A DNA stretch of 63,773 bases, filler included, from Caldilineae bacterium (GTDB lineage Bacteria; Chloroflexota; Anaerolineae; DTLA01), in assembly GCA_037446815.1 (NCBI GenBank). It is 3 parts of 3 records of this genome, joined end to end, with 100 filler letters (N's around TTAATTAATTAA, not from the genome) between each part and the next. Parts side by side here need not be neighbours in the genome. Positions count along the whole stretch, not along the records: positions 1 to 22,596 come from JBBIHX010000037.1; 2 more parts are not named here. One strand, 5' to 3'. Positions 1-10,441 of the stretch are shown in pieces; the first letter of the stretch is position 1, and every line of letters starts with the position of its first letter. The notes below the pieces were generated by a model, which saw only the letters and a program-made list of their open reading frames with translations, was not told where the DNA came from and ran no database searches. The translations under genes were made by a program, and so were the position numbers.

Positions 1-29
1 AAGCGTTACAGCACCTGAACATCATCCAC

Positions 30-185
30 AAAGTTCCACCGGTGAGGTGACCCTGTCCGAAAGGCTGGGCCGAACGGGGGAAGTCCGGTGCTCCGCCAAC
101 GCGGAAAGTCCGGCGCTGTCCCGCAACTGTAGGTCTGGGCGATGGCTGCATCCCCAGACAAGCCAGGATACCCGCCTCACCGCGA
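30..185 (+). ncRNA. Cobalamin (AdoCbl) riboswitch
   Basis: Conserved order AGGT...GGGAAgtcCGGTG...aagtCCGGcgCTGtcCCgcAACTGT...aaGCCAGgatacCCGCC directly upstream of a btuFCD-type operon; boundaries approximate. Confidence 0.93.
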
Positions 186-247
186 TTCCAAGTACCTTCG
201 CGAGAAAGGGGGCTGGAAGATGAAGACGAGAATCTGCATTTGAGTCG

Positions 248-282
248 TCCCCTTGTCCCAGCGGCAAGGGGATTTTTGTTTC
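248..282 (+). terminator. Intrinsic terminator, riboswitch expression platform
   Basis: Stem TCCCCTTG/CAAGGGGA followed by TTTTTGTTT, between the aptamer and the btuF start. Confidence 0.8.
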
Positions 283-336
283 TGTACGCTGGACTCGGAT
301 ACCCGCTCAATCCAATCTGACTCAGGAGACTCTGAC

Positions 337-1314
337 ATGAACAAGCGAACTCGCATTCTGGCAGGCGCCCTGGCCGTCCTGCTGTTGATTGTTCTGATCG
401 CGTACCTCGCGCCGCGGCTGGCGGGAACGCCGCAGCAAGCCGCGCCGACGGCCACGCCCGTGCCGCCGACCGCGACGCCCGTGCCGCCGACGCCCACGCC
501 GGAGCCGATACAGGTTACGGACGACCTGGGCAAGCAGTTGGTGTTGGACAAGGCGCCGCAGCGCATCGTGTCCCTGGCGCCCAGTGTAACCGAGATTCTG
601 TTCGCCATTGGCGCGGGTGACAAGGTGGTTGGCGTGCAGGACTTTAGCAACTACCCGCCCGAAGCCGCATCGCTGCCCAAGATCGGCGGGTTCCCGCTGA
701 ACTACGAACTCATCGCCTCGCTCCAGCCGGACCTGTGCATCGGCGCCGACATCACGAGCCCGGACGACATCGCCAAACTGGAGGGGCTGGGGCTGAAGGT
801 CATGGTCATCAACCGCACGGACCTGGAGGGGATTTTCACCAACATTGAGTTGGTGGGCAAGGCGGTGGGGATGCAGCCATCGGCCAATGCGTTGGCGGCA
901 TCCCTGCGCGCGGAACTCCAGGCGCTGCAAGAGCGGCTGAAAGCGGCGACGACGAAGCCGCGCGTCTTCGTGGAACTGGATGAGACGCTGTACACCGTGG
1001 GGCCGGGGTCGTTCATCCATCCGCTGGTGGAACTGGCGGGCGGTACGAATATCGCCGCCGATGCCGACAACCCGTACCCGCAACTGAGCGCGGAGCAGAT
1101 TATCGCCAAAGACCCGGAGGTCATCGTCCTGACCGACGCGGCCTACGGCGTTACGCCGGAGCAGGTGAAAGCGAGGGCCGGCTGGGAGCAGATCACCGCC
1201 GTGAAGACGGGGGCCGTCTATCCGATTGACGGGGACATCATCAGCCGCCCCGGGCCGCGCATCCTGGAAGGGCTGAAGGCGCTGGCGGCGCTGATTCACC
1301 CGGAATTGAAGTAG
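337..1314 (+). CDS. btuF: Cobalamin ABC transporter substrate-binding protein
   Basis: N-terminal anchor, PTATP linker, PQRIVSLAPSVTEILFAIG and RPGPR motifs; RBS AGGAG; behind B12 riboswitch. Confidence 0.9.
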   Translation: MNKRTRILAGALAVLLLIVLIAYLAPRLAGTPQQAAPTATPVPPTATPVPPTPTPEPIQVTDDLGKQLVLDKAPQRIVSLAPSVTEILFAIGAGDKVVGVQDFSNYPPEAASLPKIGGFPLNYELIASLQPDLCIGADITSPDDIAKLEGLGLKVMVINRTDLEGIFTNIELVGKAVGMQPSANALAASLRAELQALQERLKAATTKPRVFVELDETLYTVGPGSFIHPLVELAGGTNIAADADNPYPQLSAEQIIAKDPEVIVLTDAAYGVTPEQVKARAGWEQITAVKTGAVYPIDGDIISRPGPRILEGLKALAALIHPELK

Positions 1315-1339
1315 CGGCTCGGCCTGTTGCAGGAGGCGC

Positions 1340-2371
1340 ATGATGCGCGTGAACTGGAGGCGTAGGGCTATCGTGCTGCCGGTGCTGGGCGGCGTGCTGC
1401 TGGGGGCTGTGGTCCTGGCCACGGCCATCGGCTCGGTTTCGCTGCCGCTGGGCGAGGTGGTGCGGGCTCTCGCCTCCAGGCTTGTGGGGACGACGGGTGG
1501 AGGCGCTACCGACACCATCATCTGGCAGATCCGCGTGCCGCGCGTCCTCACTGCCGCGGTTGTGGGCGGGGCCCTGGGCACCGCGGGTGCCGTGTTCCAG
1601 GGCCTGCTGCGCAACCCCATGGCCGACCCGTACATCATTGGCACGTCGGGCGGGGCGGCGCTGGGCGCGACCGTCGCGCTCATGGTGCCGATTCAGGTTA
1701 GCCTGTTCGGGTTCACGTTCGTGTCTCTTGCGGCGTTCGCGGGCGCGCTTGGGGCCGTCCTGCTGGTGTACAATGTGGCCCGTGTTGGCCCGCGCGTTCC
1801 GGTAACTACGCTTCTGCTTACCGGCTTCGCCCTGAGTTCCATCTTGGCCGCCATCATGTCGTTTCTGATGTTCATCTCCAACAACGCGCTGCGGCGCATT
1901 ATCCTGTGGACCATGGGCGGGTTGTCGGGCGCGGGATGGTTGCAGTTGGCCGTCGTCATCCCTGCGATCCTCATCGCGCTGGGCCTCACGTACACCCTCG
2001 CGCCGGATTTGAACGCCTTTCTTCTGGGCGATGAGCAGGCGGCGTCGCTGGGGGTGCATGTGGAGCGGCGCAAGTTGACGCTGCTGGGGCTTGGCTCGTG
2101 GCTGACGGCGGCGGCTGTGTCGGTGAGCGGGCTGGTGGGATTCGTGGGGTTGGTGGTGCCCCATGTGGTGCGGCTGGTGCTGGGGCCGGACCATCGCCTG
2201 CTCCTGCCGGCGTCCACGCTGGTGGGGGGCGTGTTTCTGGTGCTGGCGGACTTGCTGGCGCGGTCGCTGATGCCGCCCGCCGAGTTGCCGGTGGGGATCA
2301 TCACGGCGTTGGTGGGCGGGCCCTTCTTCATCTACCTGCTCCGCAAGGCGCGCAGGGAGTACAGTTTCTAG
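1340..2371 (+). CDS. btuC: Cobalamin/iron-chelate ABC permease (FecCD/BtuC)
   Basis: RVPR, QGLLRNPMADPYIIG, GFVGLVVPH, LPVGIITALVGGPFF motifs. Confidence 0.9.
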   Translation: MMRVNWRRRAIVLPVLGGVLLGAVVLATAIGSVSLPLGEVVRALASRLVGTTGGGATDTIIWQIRVPRVLTAAVVGGALGTAGAVFQGLLRNPMADPYIIGTSGGAALGATVALMVPIQVSLFGFTFVSLAAFAGALGAVLLVYNVARVGPRVPVTTLLLTGFALSSILAAIMSFLMFISNNALRRIILWTMGGLSGAGWLQLAVVIPAILIALGLTYTLAPDLNAFLLGDEQAASLGVHVERRKLTLLGLGSWLTAAAVSVSGLVGFVGLVVPHVVRLVLGPDHRLLLPASTLVGGVFLVLADLLARSLMPPAELPVGIITALVGGPFFIYLLRKARREYSF

Positions 2372-2382
2372 GAGCGTGCAGC

Positions 2383-3177
2383 ATGATAGATACCCCGGTT
2401 GTCGCGGCGCAAGGTGTGGATTTCTCCTACTACAACGGGCTGGTGCTTCGGGACGTTACCCTGAGCCTGGCCCCGGGCGCTATGGTGAGCCTCATCGGGC
2501 CGAATGGCTCGGGGAAGACGACGCTGCTGAAGATTCTGTGCGGCCTGCTGAAGCCCAAGCGGGGTCAGGTGCTGCTGGGGGGACGGGACCTCGGCCGCCT
2601 GTCGCGGCGACAGGTCGCGCGCGAGGTGGCGCTGGTGCCGCAGGAACTGTCGGTGCCGTTTGATTTCACGGTGCGCGAGATGGTAACCCTGGGCCGCACG
2701 CCCTATGTGCGACACCTGCGCGGGATGACGGCCCAGGATCACGAGGTCGTGGAGCGCATGCTGGCGCTGACGAACACGGAGGCGCTGGCCCACCGGCCTT
2801 TCAACGAACTGTCCGGGGGCGAGCAGCAGCGCGTGATTATCGCCATGGCCCTGGCACAGGAGCCGCGGGTGCTCCTGCTGGACGAGCCTGTGGTGCACCT
2901 GGACGTGAATCATCAGATTGAGATTCTGGAACTCATTCGTCGCCTGAATCGGCAGGCCGGGCTGACCGTGCTTGCCACAATGCATGACTTGAACCTGGCC
3001 TCGCTGTACTTTGACCGCCTGATTCTCCTCAATGAGGGGCGCATCGTAGCCAGCGGCTCGCCGAGCGATGTGCTGCGCGAGGACACGATTCGCAGCGTGT
3101 TCCGCGCCGAAGTGCGCATCCAGCCGCATCCGGTGCGCCCGCGCCCGCAACTGGTGCTCCTGCCGCCGGGGGCGTAG
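2383..3177 (+). CDS. btuD: Cobalamin/iron-chelate ABC ATP-binding protein
   Basis: GPNGSGKT, LSGGEQQR, LLDEP, HDLNLA; start at MIDTP after GGAG. Confidence 0.88.
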   Translation: MIDTPVVAAQGVDFSYYNGLVLRDVTLSLAPGAMVSLIGPNGSGKTTLLKILCGLLKPKRGQVLLGGRDLGRLSRRQVAREVALVPQELSVPFDFTVREMVTLGRTPYVRHLRGMTAQDHEVVERMLALTNTEALAHRPFNELSGGEQQRVIIAMALAQEPRVLLLDEPVVHLDVNHQIEILELIRRLNRQAGLTVLATMHDLNLASLYFDRLILLNEGRIVASGSPSDVLREDTIRSVFRAEVRIQPHPVRPRPQLVLLPPGA

Positions 3178-3217
3178 GGCGGTTTATTCTTCCCTCACGA
3201 AATCGCCAGAAAAGCGC

Positions 3218-3246
3218 TTGACTTCACAACGAAAAACGTGTACAAT
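3218..3246 (+). promoter_or_regulatory. Sigma70-type promoter for the liv-type operon
   Basis: TTGACT-17 nt-TACAAT. Confidence 0.75.
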
Positions 3247-3601
3247 ACAGTTTGTAGATAACGAGTTCCGCATCGTGGTCGCGTCCAGGCTCAACATTCC
3301 ACCGAACCCGACGGAGCGACCGCCGAAGTCCATGTTCGCGCTGGGGCGAGGCCGTGTGGAGTCTAGTGTCAGAGGCGCGGCCGGGGCCCGATGCGATTGA
3401 CCTGTGGGCAAGAGATCCGTGGAGGGAACTGCACCGCCCTGCCGTGGGTCTTCGGCAAGGCTTCTTCGCCGACCGCAGGAAGGAACAGAGGGCATGCTCT
3501 GCATTCCGGAGAGGAGGTGAGACGGAGAGTTTTCCCCTAGCCATGTGGTTCCTCGCACGTTTTGCATGAACAGTGGATGTCAGCAAAAGGAGGAAACGGA
3601 G

Positions 3602-4945
3602 ATGACCAGAGCCTTTAGGTTGAGCCTTGTCCTGCTGATGTTGGCCGCGCTTGCGCTGAGCGGATGCGCCCAGGCCACGCCCACCCCGACGGCGACTCAG
3701 CCGCCCAAACCCACGTCGCCGCCAGCCGTCCAGCCCACGACCCCACCTACCCCGAAGCCCACGCCGGTAACCAAGACGGTCGTCATCGGCTTCACGTCGT
3801 CCAAGACCGGCTCCCAGGAAGTTCCATCTACGGGCCAGACACGCGGCCTGGAACTTTGGTTGGAGCAGGTGAACGCGACAGGGGTTACCTTGCCGGATGG
3901 CACCATCGTGAAGTTTGAGTTCAAGACCTACGATGACGAGAGCAACAAGGAGCGCGTGCAGCAACTGTATACCAAACTCATCAACGACGACAAGACGAAT
4001 TTTCTCATCAGCCCCTATTCCAGCGGGCTAACCGATGCCGCTGCGGTGATTGCCGAGCAGTACGGTCAGATCATGATCACCACCGGCGCGGCCTCGGATG
4101 CCACGTACCAGAAGGGGTACCAGTTGGTGTTCCAGTTGTACACGCCCGCCAGCCGCTACTTGACCGGCGCGGTGGATTTGTTGGCCAACCTTGACCCAAC
4201 CGCGAAGAAGATCGCCATCGTGCACGAGAACGACAAGTTCTCCACCGATGTGGTGAACGCCGCGAAGGCCTATGCCGAGGGCAAGGGGTACGAGATCGTG
4301 CTGTTTGAAGGGTACGACAGCGGCACGGCCGACTTTGCCCCCTTCATCAACAAGATCGTCGGCGTGGCGCCCGATGCCATCATGGGCGGCGGGCACTTCG
4401 CCGATGGCAGCACCTTCGCCAAGCAGATGTATGAGAAGCAGGTCAAGGCGAAATTCATCGCGTTGCTGGTAGCGCCGCCTGAACTGAAGTTTGCCGACAT
4501 CGGCGAGGCGGCCTTCGGCATCATTGGCCCAAGCCAGTGGGAACCGCAGGCGGCCTACTCGGAGGCCTCGGCCAAGGCAGCGGGGATTCCGTGGTACGGG
4601 CCGAGCGTGGCCGACTTCGTGAAGGCGTACAATGCCAAGTACGGCGAAGACCCAGCGTACCACGCCGCGGGCGGCTACGCAGCCGGCCTTATCCTGCAGA
4701 AGGCGATTGAGGACGCCGGCTCGCTGGACACCGACAAGGTGAAGGCCGCCCTTGATGCCATGGATGTGCTCACGTTCTACGGCCACGTCAAGTTTAACAC
4801 CAGCGCTGAAGCCCATGGCCTCCAGGTGGCCCATGAGATGGTCTACATCCAGTGGCAGAAGGATGCGTCGGGCAAACTGGTCAAGCAGGTAGTCTGGCCG
4901 GCCGAGGGCAAATCGGCCGACGCCATCTACCCGTTGAGCCGCTAG
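3602..4945 (+). CDS. livK: Branched-chain amino acid-type ABC substrate-binding lipoprotein
   Basis: Lipobox LSGC, Pro/Thr linker, YDDES and SPYSSGLT Peripla_BP_6 motifs; RBS AAGGAGG. Confidence 0.85.
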   Translation: MTRAFRLSLVLLMLAALALSGCAQATPTPTATQPPKPTSPPAVQPTTPPTPKPTPVTKTVVIGFTSSKTGSQEVPSTGQTRGLELWLEQVNATGVTLPDGTIVKFEFKTYDDESNKERVQQLYTKLINDDKTNFLISPYSSGLTDAAAVIAEQYGQIMITTGAASDATYQKGYQLVFQLYTPASRYLTGAVDLLANLDPTAKKIAIVHENDKFSTDVVNAAKAYAEGKGYEIVLFEGYDSGTADFAPFINKIVGVAPDAIMGGGHFADGSTFAKQMYEKQVKAKFIALLVAPPELKFADIGEAAFGIIGPSQWEPQAAYSEASAKAAGIPWYGPSVADFVKAYNAKYGEDPAYHAAGGYAAGLILQKAIEDAGSLDTDKVKAALDAMDVLTFYGHVKFNTSAEAHGLQVAHEMVYIQWQKDASGKLVKQVVWPAEGKSADAIYPLSR

Positions 4946-5036
4946 CCCGCGCTCGGCGACTCGCATGTGGGATCGGGGGGCAGGGTTCCGGCTCTGCCCT
5001 CCGGCCCGATGGCAACGCGGCAACCAGGGGGATTGC

Positions 5037-5894
5037 ATGACAGAACAACTTCTGGCTTCCCTTACGGATGGCTTGCTCCTGGGTTTCGTGTACGGCCTGG
5101 CGTCCATGGGCCTGTCGCTTATCTGGGGCGTGATGCGGGTCATCAACCTGGCACATGGCGCCACGATGGTGTTGGGGATGTTCGCCACGTATCTCCTGTT
5201 CAGCACTCTTGGCATTCACCCATACGTTGCCCTTCCGATTATCGTTGTGCTCAGCCTGCTCTTTGGCTTTCTCGTGTACACCACGGCTGTCCACCGCGTG
5301 ATCAATGCCCCGTATCTCTCAACCCTGCTGGCGACGTTCGCGGTGAACATGATGATCATCGGGATTGGGACTGCTGTGTTTACCACGACACCCCGAAACG
5401 TGGACATCGCGGTAGGGCGTTTCCAGGTGGGGCCGGTTACGCTCCTCAGCACGCGCCTGGTCGCCACGCTCATCGCCGTGGTGGTAACGGCCGGGCTGTA
5501 CCTTCTCCTGTACCGCACGCGGCCGGGCAAGGCGATTCGGGCCGTGGCGAACAACCGCGCGGCGGCTCGGCTGATGGGCATCTCGGCGTTCCGGACGCTG
5601 GCGCTGAGTTTCGGGCTGGGGACGATGCTCGCGGCGGCTGCGGGGGCCCTCATCGCCACCTTCTTCCCGTTTACCATCCTGTCGGGCGCGGGCTACCAGA
5701 CGAAGGGATTCGTCATCTGCGTTCTGGGGGGGCTGGGCAATCCTACCGGCGCGCTCATCGGCGGGTTGATTTTGGGGGCGTTGGAAGGCATCATCCCCGT
5801 GTTTATGGCGGTGAACTGGGTGCCCGTGATTGAGTTCGTGCTGTTCGTACTTATCCTGCTGGTCAAGCCCAGCGGACTCTTGGGAGCGCGCTAG
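5037..5894 (+). CDS. livH: BCAA-type ABC permease
   Basis: GLSLIWGVMRVINLAHG, GKAIRAVA, VLGGLGN motifs. Confidence 0.88.
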   Translation: MTEQLLASLTDGLLLGFVYGLASMGLSLIWGVMRVINLAHGATMVLGMFATYLLFSTLGIHPYVALPIIVVLSLLFGFLVYTTAVHRVINAPYLSTLLATFAVNMMIIGIGTAVFTTTPRNVDIAVGRFQVGPVTLLSTRLVATLIAVVVTAGLYLLLYRTRPGKAIRAVANNRAAARLMGISAFRTLALSFGLGTMLAAAAGALIATFFPFTILSGAGYQTKGFVICVLGGLGNPTGALIGGLILGALEGIIPVFMAVNWVPVIEFVLFVLILLVKPSGLLGAR

Positions 5895-6863
5895 ATGAGA
5901 GCCTGGCGATACCCTGCATTCTGGCTGACACTGGGGCTTGTGGCCGCCGTGGGTATAGTTGTGTTTGCTACTCGCTCCGCGACCCTGCGAGAGGAGATGT
6001 TCCTGCTTCTCATGTTCGTAACCCTCGCGTCCAGCCTCAACATTCTGCTCGGGTACACCGGGTACGTGAATTTCGGCCACATTGTGTTCTTCGGGCTGGG
6101 TGGATATGTGGGATTCTACCTGATGAGCCAACAGGGTTGGCCGCTGTGGTGGGCGACCCTGGCGGGAGGGTTGGCGTCGGGCCTGCTGGCGTGGGTGCTG
6201 GGCGCGGCGACGCTGCGCTTGCGGGGCGCTTACTTTGCGCTGGCGACCATCGGCGTGAATGAGGCCGTGCGCGCCTTCGTCAACAACTTCCGGCCCTTTG
6301 GCGGGCCCACGGGCATGTCGTTGAACTTCGCGGTCTATCGCCAGTACGGCGGCCCGGCCAACGCCCTGTGGTGGACCTTCGGCGCGATGTTCGGCCTCAC
6401 GCTGCTGGTCATCGTCATCAGTTACCTGGTCAAGTTTTCCCGCTTCGGCCTCGGCCTCATGTCCGTCCGCGAGGACGAGGACGCGGCCATGGTGATGGGT
6501 GTCCGAACGCCGAGCATGAAGACGTGGGCCTTCGTCCTTTCGGCGCTGTTCCCGGGCATGGTAGGCGTGCTGTTCTTCTTCAAGAATGGCAACGTGGAGC
6601 CTGGGGATGCGTTTCGCCTCCAGATGTCCATTGAGATTATCGTCATGGTGATGCTGGGCGGGTCGGGGACGGTGCTGGGGCCTGCCATCGGGTCAGCCGC
6701 CTACGAACGCCTGCGCGGCTACTTGCTCACCAGCCCTATCTTCAAGAACCTTCACCTGGCCTTTGCCGGGTTCCTGCTGCTCATCATCGTCCTGTTTGTT
6801 CCGGCGGGGCTTGTCGGGTGGCTGCGAGGCCGCGTGCCCAGGCTGAGGAGGGTGCTGGAATGA
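5895..6863 (+). CDS. livM: BCAA-type ABC permease
   Basis: LNILLGYTGYVNFGH, LRLRGAYFALAT, REDEDAA motifs. Confidence 0.88.
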   Translation: MRAWRYPAFWLTLGLVAAVGIVVFATRSATLREEMFLLLMFVTLASSLNILLGYTGYVNFGHIVFFGLGGYVGFYLMSQQGWPLWWATLAGGLASGLLAWVLGAATLRLRGAYFALATIGVNEAVRAFVNNFRPFGGPTGMSLNFAVYRQYGGPANALWWTFGAMFGLTLLVIVISYLVKFSRFGLGLMSVREDEDAAMVMGVRTPSMKTWAFVLSALFPGMVGVLFFFKNGNVEPGDAFRLQMSIEIIVMVMLGGSGTVLGPAIGSAAYERLRGYLLTSPIFKNLHLAFAGFLLLIIVLFVPAGLVGWLRGRVPRLRRVLE

Positions 6864-7630
6864 GTGAGCAGACACACCCAGAGACACTGCTCCGAGTACA
6901 AGGGGTCTCCAAGCGATTTGGCGGACTTCAAGCATTGTCCAATGTCTCCTTTGACCTGCCCGCGGGGCAAATTCTCGGCATTATTGGGCCGAACGGCGCG
7001 GGGAAGACGACCCTGTTCAATTGTATCAACGGGGTCTATCCCCCGGAGGAAGGCCGGATCATCTTCCGCGGGACGAACATTACCGGCTGGCAGTCCTACG
7101 ATGTGGCCCGGCTGGGCCTGGCGCGCACTCACCAGATTGTGCGTCCGCTGAATGAGTTGACCGTGCTGCAGAATGTGATGGCCGGGGCGTGCTTCGGCCA
7201 TGAGCGCCGCAATCTCGCCCAGGCGGAGAAGATCGCGGACGGAGTGCTGGAAGCCGTCGGCCTCGCCAAGTGGCGCAATGCATTGGCTGCTAGTCTCAAT
7301 GTGGCCCAGAAGAAGCGGCTGGAGTTGGCGCGCGCCCTGGCGGCCCGGCCCTATCTGCTTCTGCTGGACGAGGTGCTGGCCGGCCTCAATCCGACCGAGA
7401 TCGCGGAGATGGTGCAAGTGGTGCGGAGCCTTCGCGATCAGGGCATCACCATCCTCATCATTGAGCATGTGATGCACGCGCTCATGAATGTTTCGGATCG
7501 CGTGATTGTGTTGGACTACGGCGTCCAGATCGCCGAAGGGACGCCGGAGGAGGTAGCCCACAACCCCAAGGTCATTGAGGCTTACCTGGGCGACCCGAAA
7601 GTTGCGGAGCGGCTTCTGCTGGGCGATTGA
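6860..7630 (+). CDS. livG: BCAA-type ABC ATP-binding protein
   Basis: [29 protein letters not shown]. Confidence 0.9.
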   Translation: MSEQTHPETLLRVQGVSKRFGGLQALSNVSFDLPAGQILGIIGPNGAGKTTLFNCINGVYPPEEGRIIFRGTNITGWQSYDVARLGLARTHQIVRPLNELTVLQNVMAGACFGHERRNLAQAEKIADGVLEAVGLAKWRNALAASLNVAQKKRLELARALAARPYLLLLDEVLAGLNPTEIAEMVQVVRSLRDQGITILIIEHVMHALMNVSDRVIVLDYGVQIAEGTPEEVAHNPKVIEAYLGDPKVAERLLLGD

Positions 7631-7656
7631 GCGCAGACACCGGGCGGGGAGACAAT

Positions 7657-8367
7657 ATGGCCATTCTGGAAGTACAAAACATTGCATCGGGGTACGGCGA
7701 AGTTCAAATCCTCTGGGGCGTTTCGCTGCGCCTGGAGCGCGGGAAACTCACGGCCCTCGTTGGCTCCAACGGCGTGGGCAAGACGACCCTGCTGCGCACG
7801 GTGGCCGGGCTGATACGCCCCTGGCGAGGGACTATTCGCAGCGACGACAGGGATATTACCCGAATGTCTCCGGACGCCAAGGCGGCGCAGGGCATCGTCC
7901 TGGTGCCCGAAGGCCGCCAACTGTTCACCAACATGAGCGTGCTAGAGAACCTTGAGATGGGAGCGTTTACAAAGCGGGCGAGGCCCCATTTTCGCAAGAA
8001 TCTGGAGAAGGTGTATAGCCTGTTCCCGCGCCTCAAGGAGCGGAGCAATCAGAAAGCGGGCACCCTGTCCGGCGGCGAGCAGCAGATGCTGGCCGTGGCG
8101 CGCGGGTTGATGGCCCAGCCGGAGATCCTCATGTTTGACGAGTTGTCGCTGGGTCTGGCGCCTGTGCTGGTGCTGTCCCTGTTTGACATCCTTCGACAAT
8201 TGCGGGCAGAGGGGCTTACCATGCTCCTGGTGGAGCAAAATGTGCAGTTGGCGCTGGCCGTGAGCGACTACGCCTATGTGTTGGCGGACGGGCGCATTAC
8301 GCTGGAGGGGCCGTCGCGCGAGGTGGCGAAGAACGAGCACGTGCGCCGCGCCTACCTCGGCATCTGA
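7657..8367 (+). CDS. livF: BCAA-type ABC ATP-binding protein
   Basis: VPEGRQLF, AGTLSGGEQQMLA, SLGLAP, LVEQN. Confidence 0.9.
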   Translation: MAILEVQNIASGYGEVQILWGVSLRLERGKLTALVGSNGVGKTTLLRTVAGLIRPWRGTIRSDDRDITRMSPDAKAAQGIVLVPEGRQLFTNMSVLENLEMGAFTKRARPHFRKNLEKVYSLFPRLKERSNQKAGTLSGGEQQMLAVARGLMAQPEILMFDELSLGLAPVLVLSLFDILRQLRAEGLTMLLVEQNVQLALAVSDYAYVLADGRITLEGPSREVAKNEHVRRAYLGI

Positions 8368-8375
8368 CGCGCCAG

Positions 8376-8548
8376 GAGTCGGTTCCAATATCTGTTGGCA
8401 TTTACCGTCATTCTGAGCGGCGGAGAGCGAAGAATCTCGCCCTCACCCTAGCCCTCTCCCGAAGGGCGAGGGCGTATCGCCTTCGGCTCAGCATGACAGA
8501 GCGGGGAGGCGGCGTGCGGGGCAGGCCAACACAAGATGGAACCGAATC
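8376..8548. mobile_element. MITE copy 1 with perfect 8-bp TSD (CGCGCCAG)
   Basis: Ends GAGTCGGTTCCAATATCTGTTGG / CCAACACAAGATGGAACCGAATC; CGCGCCAG at 8368-8375 and 8549-8556; internal REP-like hairpin. Confidence 0.8.
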
Positions 8549-8603
8549 CGCGCCAGGCCCAAGTTTGCGGTTCGGCGGTTTTGTGCTATAATGCGCGCGT
8601 TCT

Positions 8604-8681
8604 CGGGGCGTAGCGCAGACCGGCTAGCGCGCAGCGTTCGGGACGCTGAGGTCGGTGGTTCAAGTCCACTCGCCCCGACCA
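8604..8681 (+). tRNA. tRNA-Pro(CGG)
   Basis: Acceptor CGGGGCG/CGCCCCG, anticodon arm CAGCG-TTCGGGA-CGCTG, TTCAA T-loop, 3' ACCA; TGcTATAAT upstream. Confidence 0.97.
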
Positions 8682-8687
8682 GATGCC

Positions 8688-8727
8688 AACGCCCGAGGGT
8701 CGCGAGATCCTCGGGCGCTGTTTTTTC
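8688..8727 (+). terminator. Intrinsic terminator after tRNA-Pro
   Basis: CGCCCGAGG/CCTCGGGCG stem followed by T-run. Confidence 0.75.
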
Positions 8728-8747
8728 CGCAGGCGCCGTCCGCAGCG

Positions 8748-9563
8748 TCAGGTTGCATGCCTGCGATTTCTGGCCCGCAGGATGCCCAGAATCTCCGACG
8801 CGATTTCCTCAATCGGCTTGTTGGTTACCTCTATGACGGACCACCCGCGATGGCTTCGGAACAGCATTTCGGCGTAGGCCAGTTCGCGCCGCACGAAGTC
8901 AAAGTCGGCATATGAGCCGGTGGCTCCGCCCAGGTGCTTGTGGCGCGCTCGCCGCAGTTCGGTGAGGTTCACGGCATCGGTGGTGAGGCAGAACACTTTG
9001 GACGGCGGCAACTGCTCCAGGATGGGCGGCAGCGGTACGTCCAGCGTAACCGGCACGTTGCCCACAAGCCACCCCCTGAAGGCGAGGTAGATGCTGAGCG
9101 GCGTCTTGAACGTGCGCGACACGCCCACGAGCACAATCTCCGCGGCGTCCAGTTCATGGGCGCGCTGGCCATCGTCGTGGCGCAGGGCGAACTCCACCGC
9201 CTCAATGCGGCGGAAGTATTCGCGGTTGAGTTCGCGGAACAGGCCCGGCTTCTCGGCAGGCGAGTGTTCCAGGTGCTGGGCCATCTGCGCCAGCAGCGGG
9301 CCCATGAGGTCTATGGTGGGGACGTTGTGAAGGCGCCCGTGCTCGGCCATGGCATTGCGAAGGCTCTGGGATACAATGGTGTGGACGATAAAGGCGCCGA
9401 GTCGCGCAGCATACTGGACGGCTTCCTCAATCTGCTCCTCGGTGCGGACTTCGGAGCGGCGCTCAATGGAGACTTCGGTATCGCCGAACTGGGTCAGGGC
9501 GGCGCGCACCGCCTGCTCAGCCGTGCCGCCCGTCCCGTCGGATACGATGAGGATGTGGCGCAT
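8748..9563 (-). CDS. ppsR: PEP synthase/PPDK regulatory kinase-pyrophosphorylase (DUF299)
   Basis: SDGTGGTAE, YFRRIEAVEFALRHDDG, GVSRTFKTPLSIYLA, KPIEE. Confidence 0.92.
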   Translation of the reverse strand: MRHILIVSDGTGGTAEQAVRAALTQFGDTEVSIERRSEVRTEEQIEEAVQYAARLGAFIVHTIVSQSLRNAMAEHGRLHNVPTIDLMGPLLAQMAQHLEHSPAEKPGLFRELNREYFRRIEAVEFALRHDDGQRAHELDAAEIVLVGVSRTFKTPLSIYLAFRGWLVGNVPVTLDVPLPPILEQLPPSKVFCLTTDAVNLTELRRARHKHLGGATGSYADFDFVRRELAYAEMLFRSHRGWSVIEVTNKPIEEIASEILGILRARNRRHAT

Positions 9564-9632
9564 GGCATCCCCTTCAGCACAAGGTGCTTTCCCGCACGGC
9601 CATTGTAGCAGGAAGCGGGAGGCCGTCAATCG

Positions 9633-10382
9633 CTACAGTTTCCATCCCTCCACCTGCACGCTGGCGGCGTGGATGCCTAGCCCCTCATCCACGGCGTACG
9701 GCGTCTCGCCCACGATGCACACATCCTGGAATCCGGCGGCGCGGATGGCGTCCAGATAGTCGGCTTTCAGGCTGGCCCCCGCCACGCACGCGACGTATGC
9801 TTCCAGCGACTGCCGCACGATGTCGGGCAGGGGGCGCAGCAGCACCACGTCGGACACGATGAGCCTGCCGCCGGGGCGAAGGACGCGGTATGCCTCGCGG
9901 AAGACGGCGGGCTTGTCCGGCGACAGGTTGATGACGCAATTGGAGATGACAACATCCACCGATGCGTCGGCCAGGGGCAGATGCTCAATCTCGCCCAGAC
10001 GGAACTCCACGTAGGTGTAGCCGCCCCTGCGGGCGTTCTCGCGGGCGCGGGCGATCATCTCCGGCGTCATGTCCACGCCGATGACACGGCCCTTCGGCCC
10101 CACCCGCTGGGCGGCGAGGAAGCAGTCAAACCCCGCGCCGCTGCCCAGGTCCAGCACGCTCTCCCCTTCGCGCAGCATGGCCAGCGCCACAGGGTTGCCG
10201 CAGCCCAGGCCCAGGTTCGCGCCTTCGGGCGCGGATTGCAGGTCGGCCGGGCTGTAGCCCATGGCGAGGCTGATGTCCTGCGGGGATGGGCTGCACCCGC
10301 ACCCCGACCCGCAGCACGACGTGCCGCTGACCGCCAGTTGCCCGTAACTCTCCCGCACGATTCGCTTGATGTCGTCGTTCAC
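9633..10382 (-). CDS. arsM: Arsenite S-adenosylmethionine methyltransferase
   Basis: [41 protein letters not shown] start after GGAGG. Confidence 0.92.
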   Translation of the reverse strand: MNDDIKRIVRESYGQLAVSGTSCCGSGCGCSPSPQDISLAMGYSPADLQSAPEGANLGLGCGNPVALAMLREGESVLDLGSGAGFDCFLAAQRVGPKGRVIGVDMTPEMIARARENARRGGYTYVEFRLGEIEHLPLADASVDVVISNCVINLSPDKPAVFREAYRVLRPGGRLIVSDVVLLRPLPDIVRQSLEAYVACVAGASLKADYLDAIRAAGFQDVCIVGETPYAVDEGLGIHAASVQVEGWKL

Positions 10383-10441
10383 CGCATTGCCTCCAAGCAA
10401 GAATGGAATTGCGCCACCGGGTCGCGCGGGCCGATTCTGCC

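Noticed and set aside
440..505. Tandem ACGCCCGTGCCGCCG repeats in btuF and similar repeats in other binding proteins
   Set aside because: Ordinary Pro/Thr linker coding, typical of Chloroflexota surface-anchored proteins
3371..3545. AGAGGCGC start suggestive of a lysine riboswitch
   Set aside because: The remaining conserved elements (AGTA, GAAAGG, GCCGAA, CTGTC) are not found in the right order
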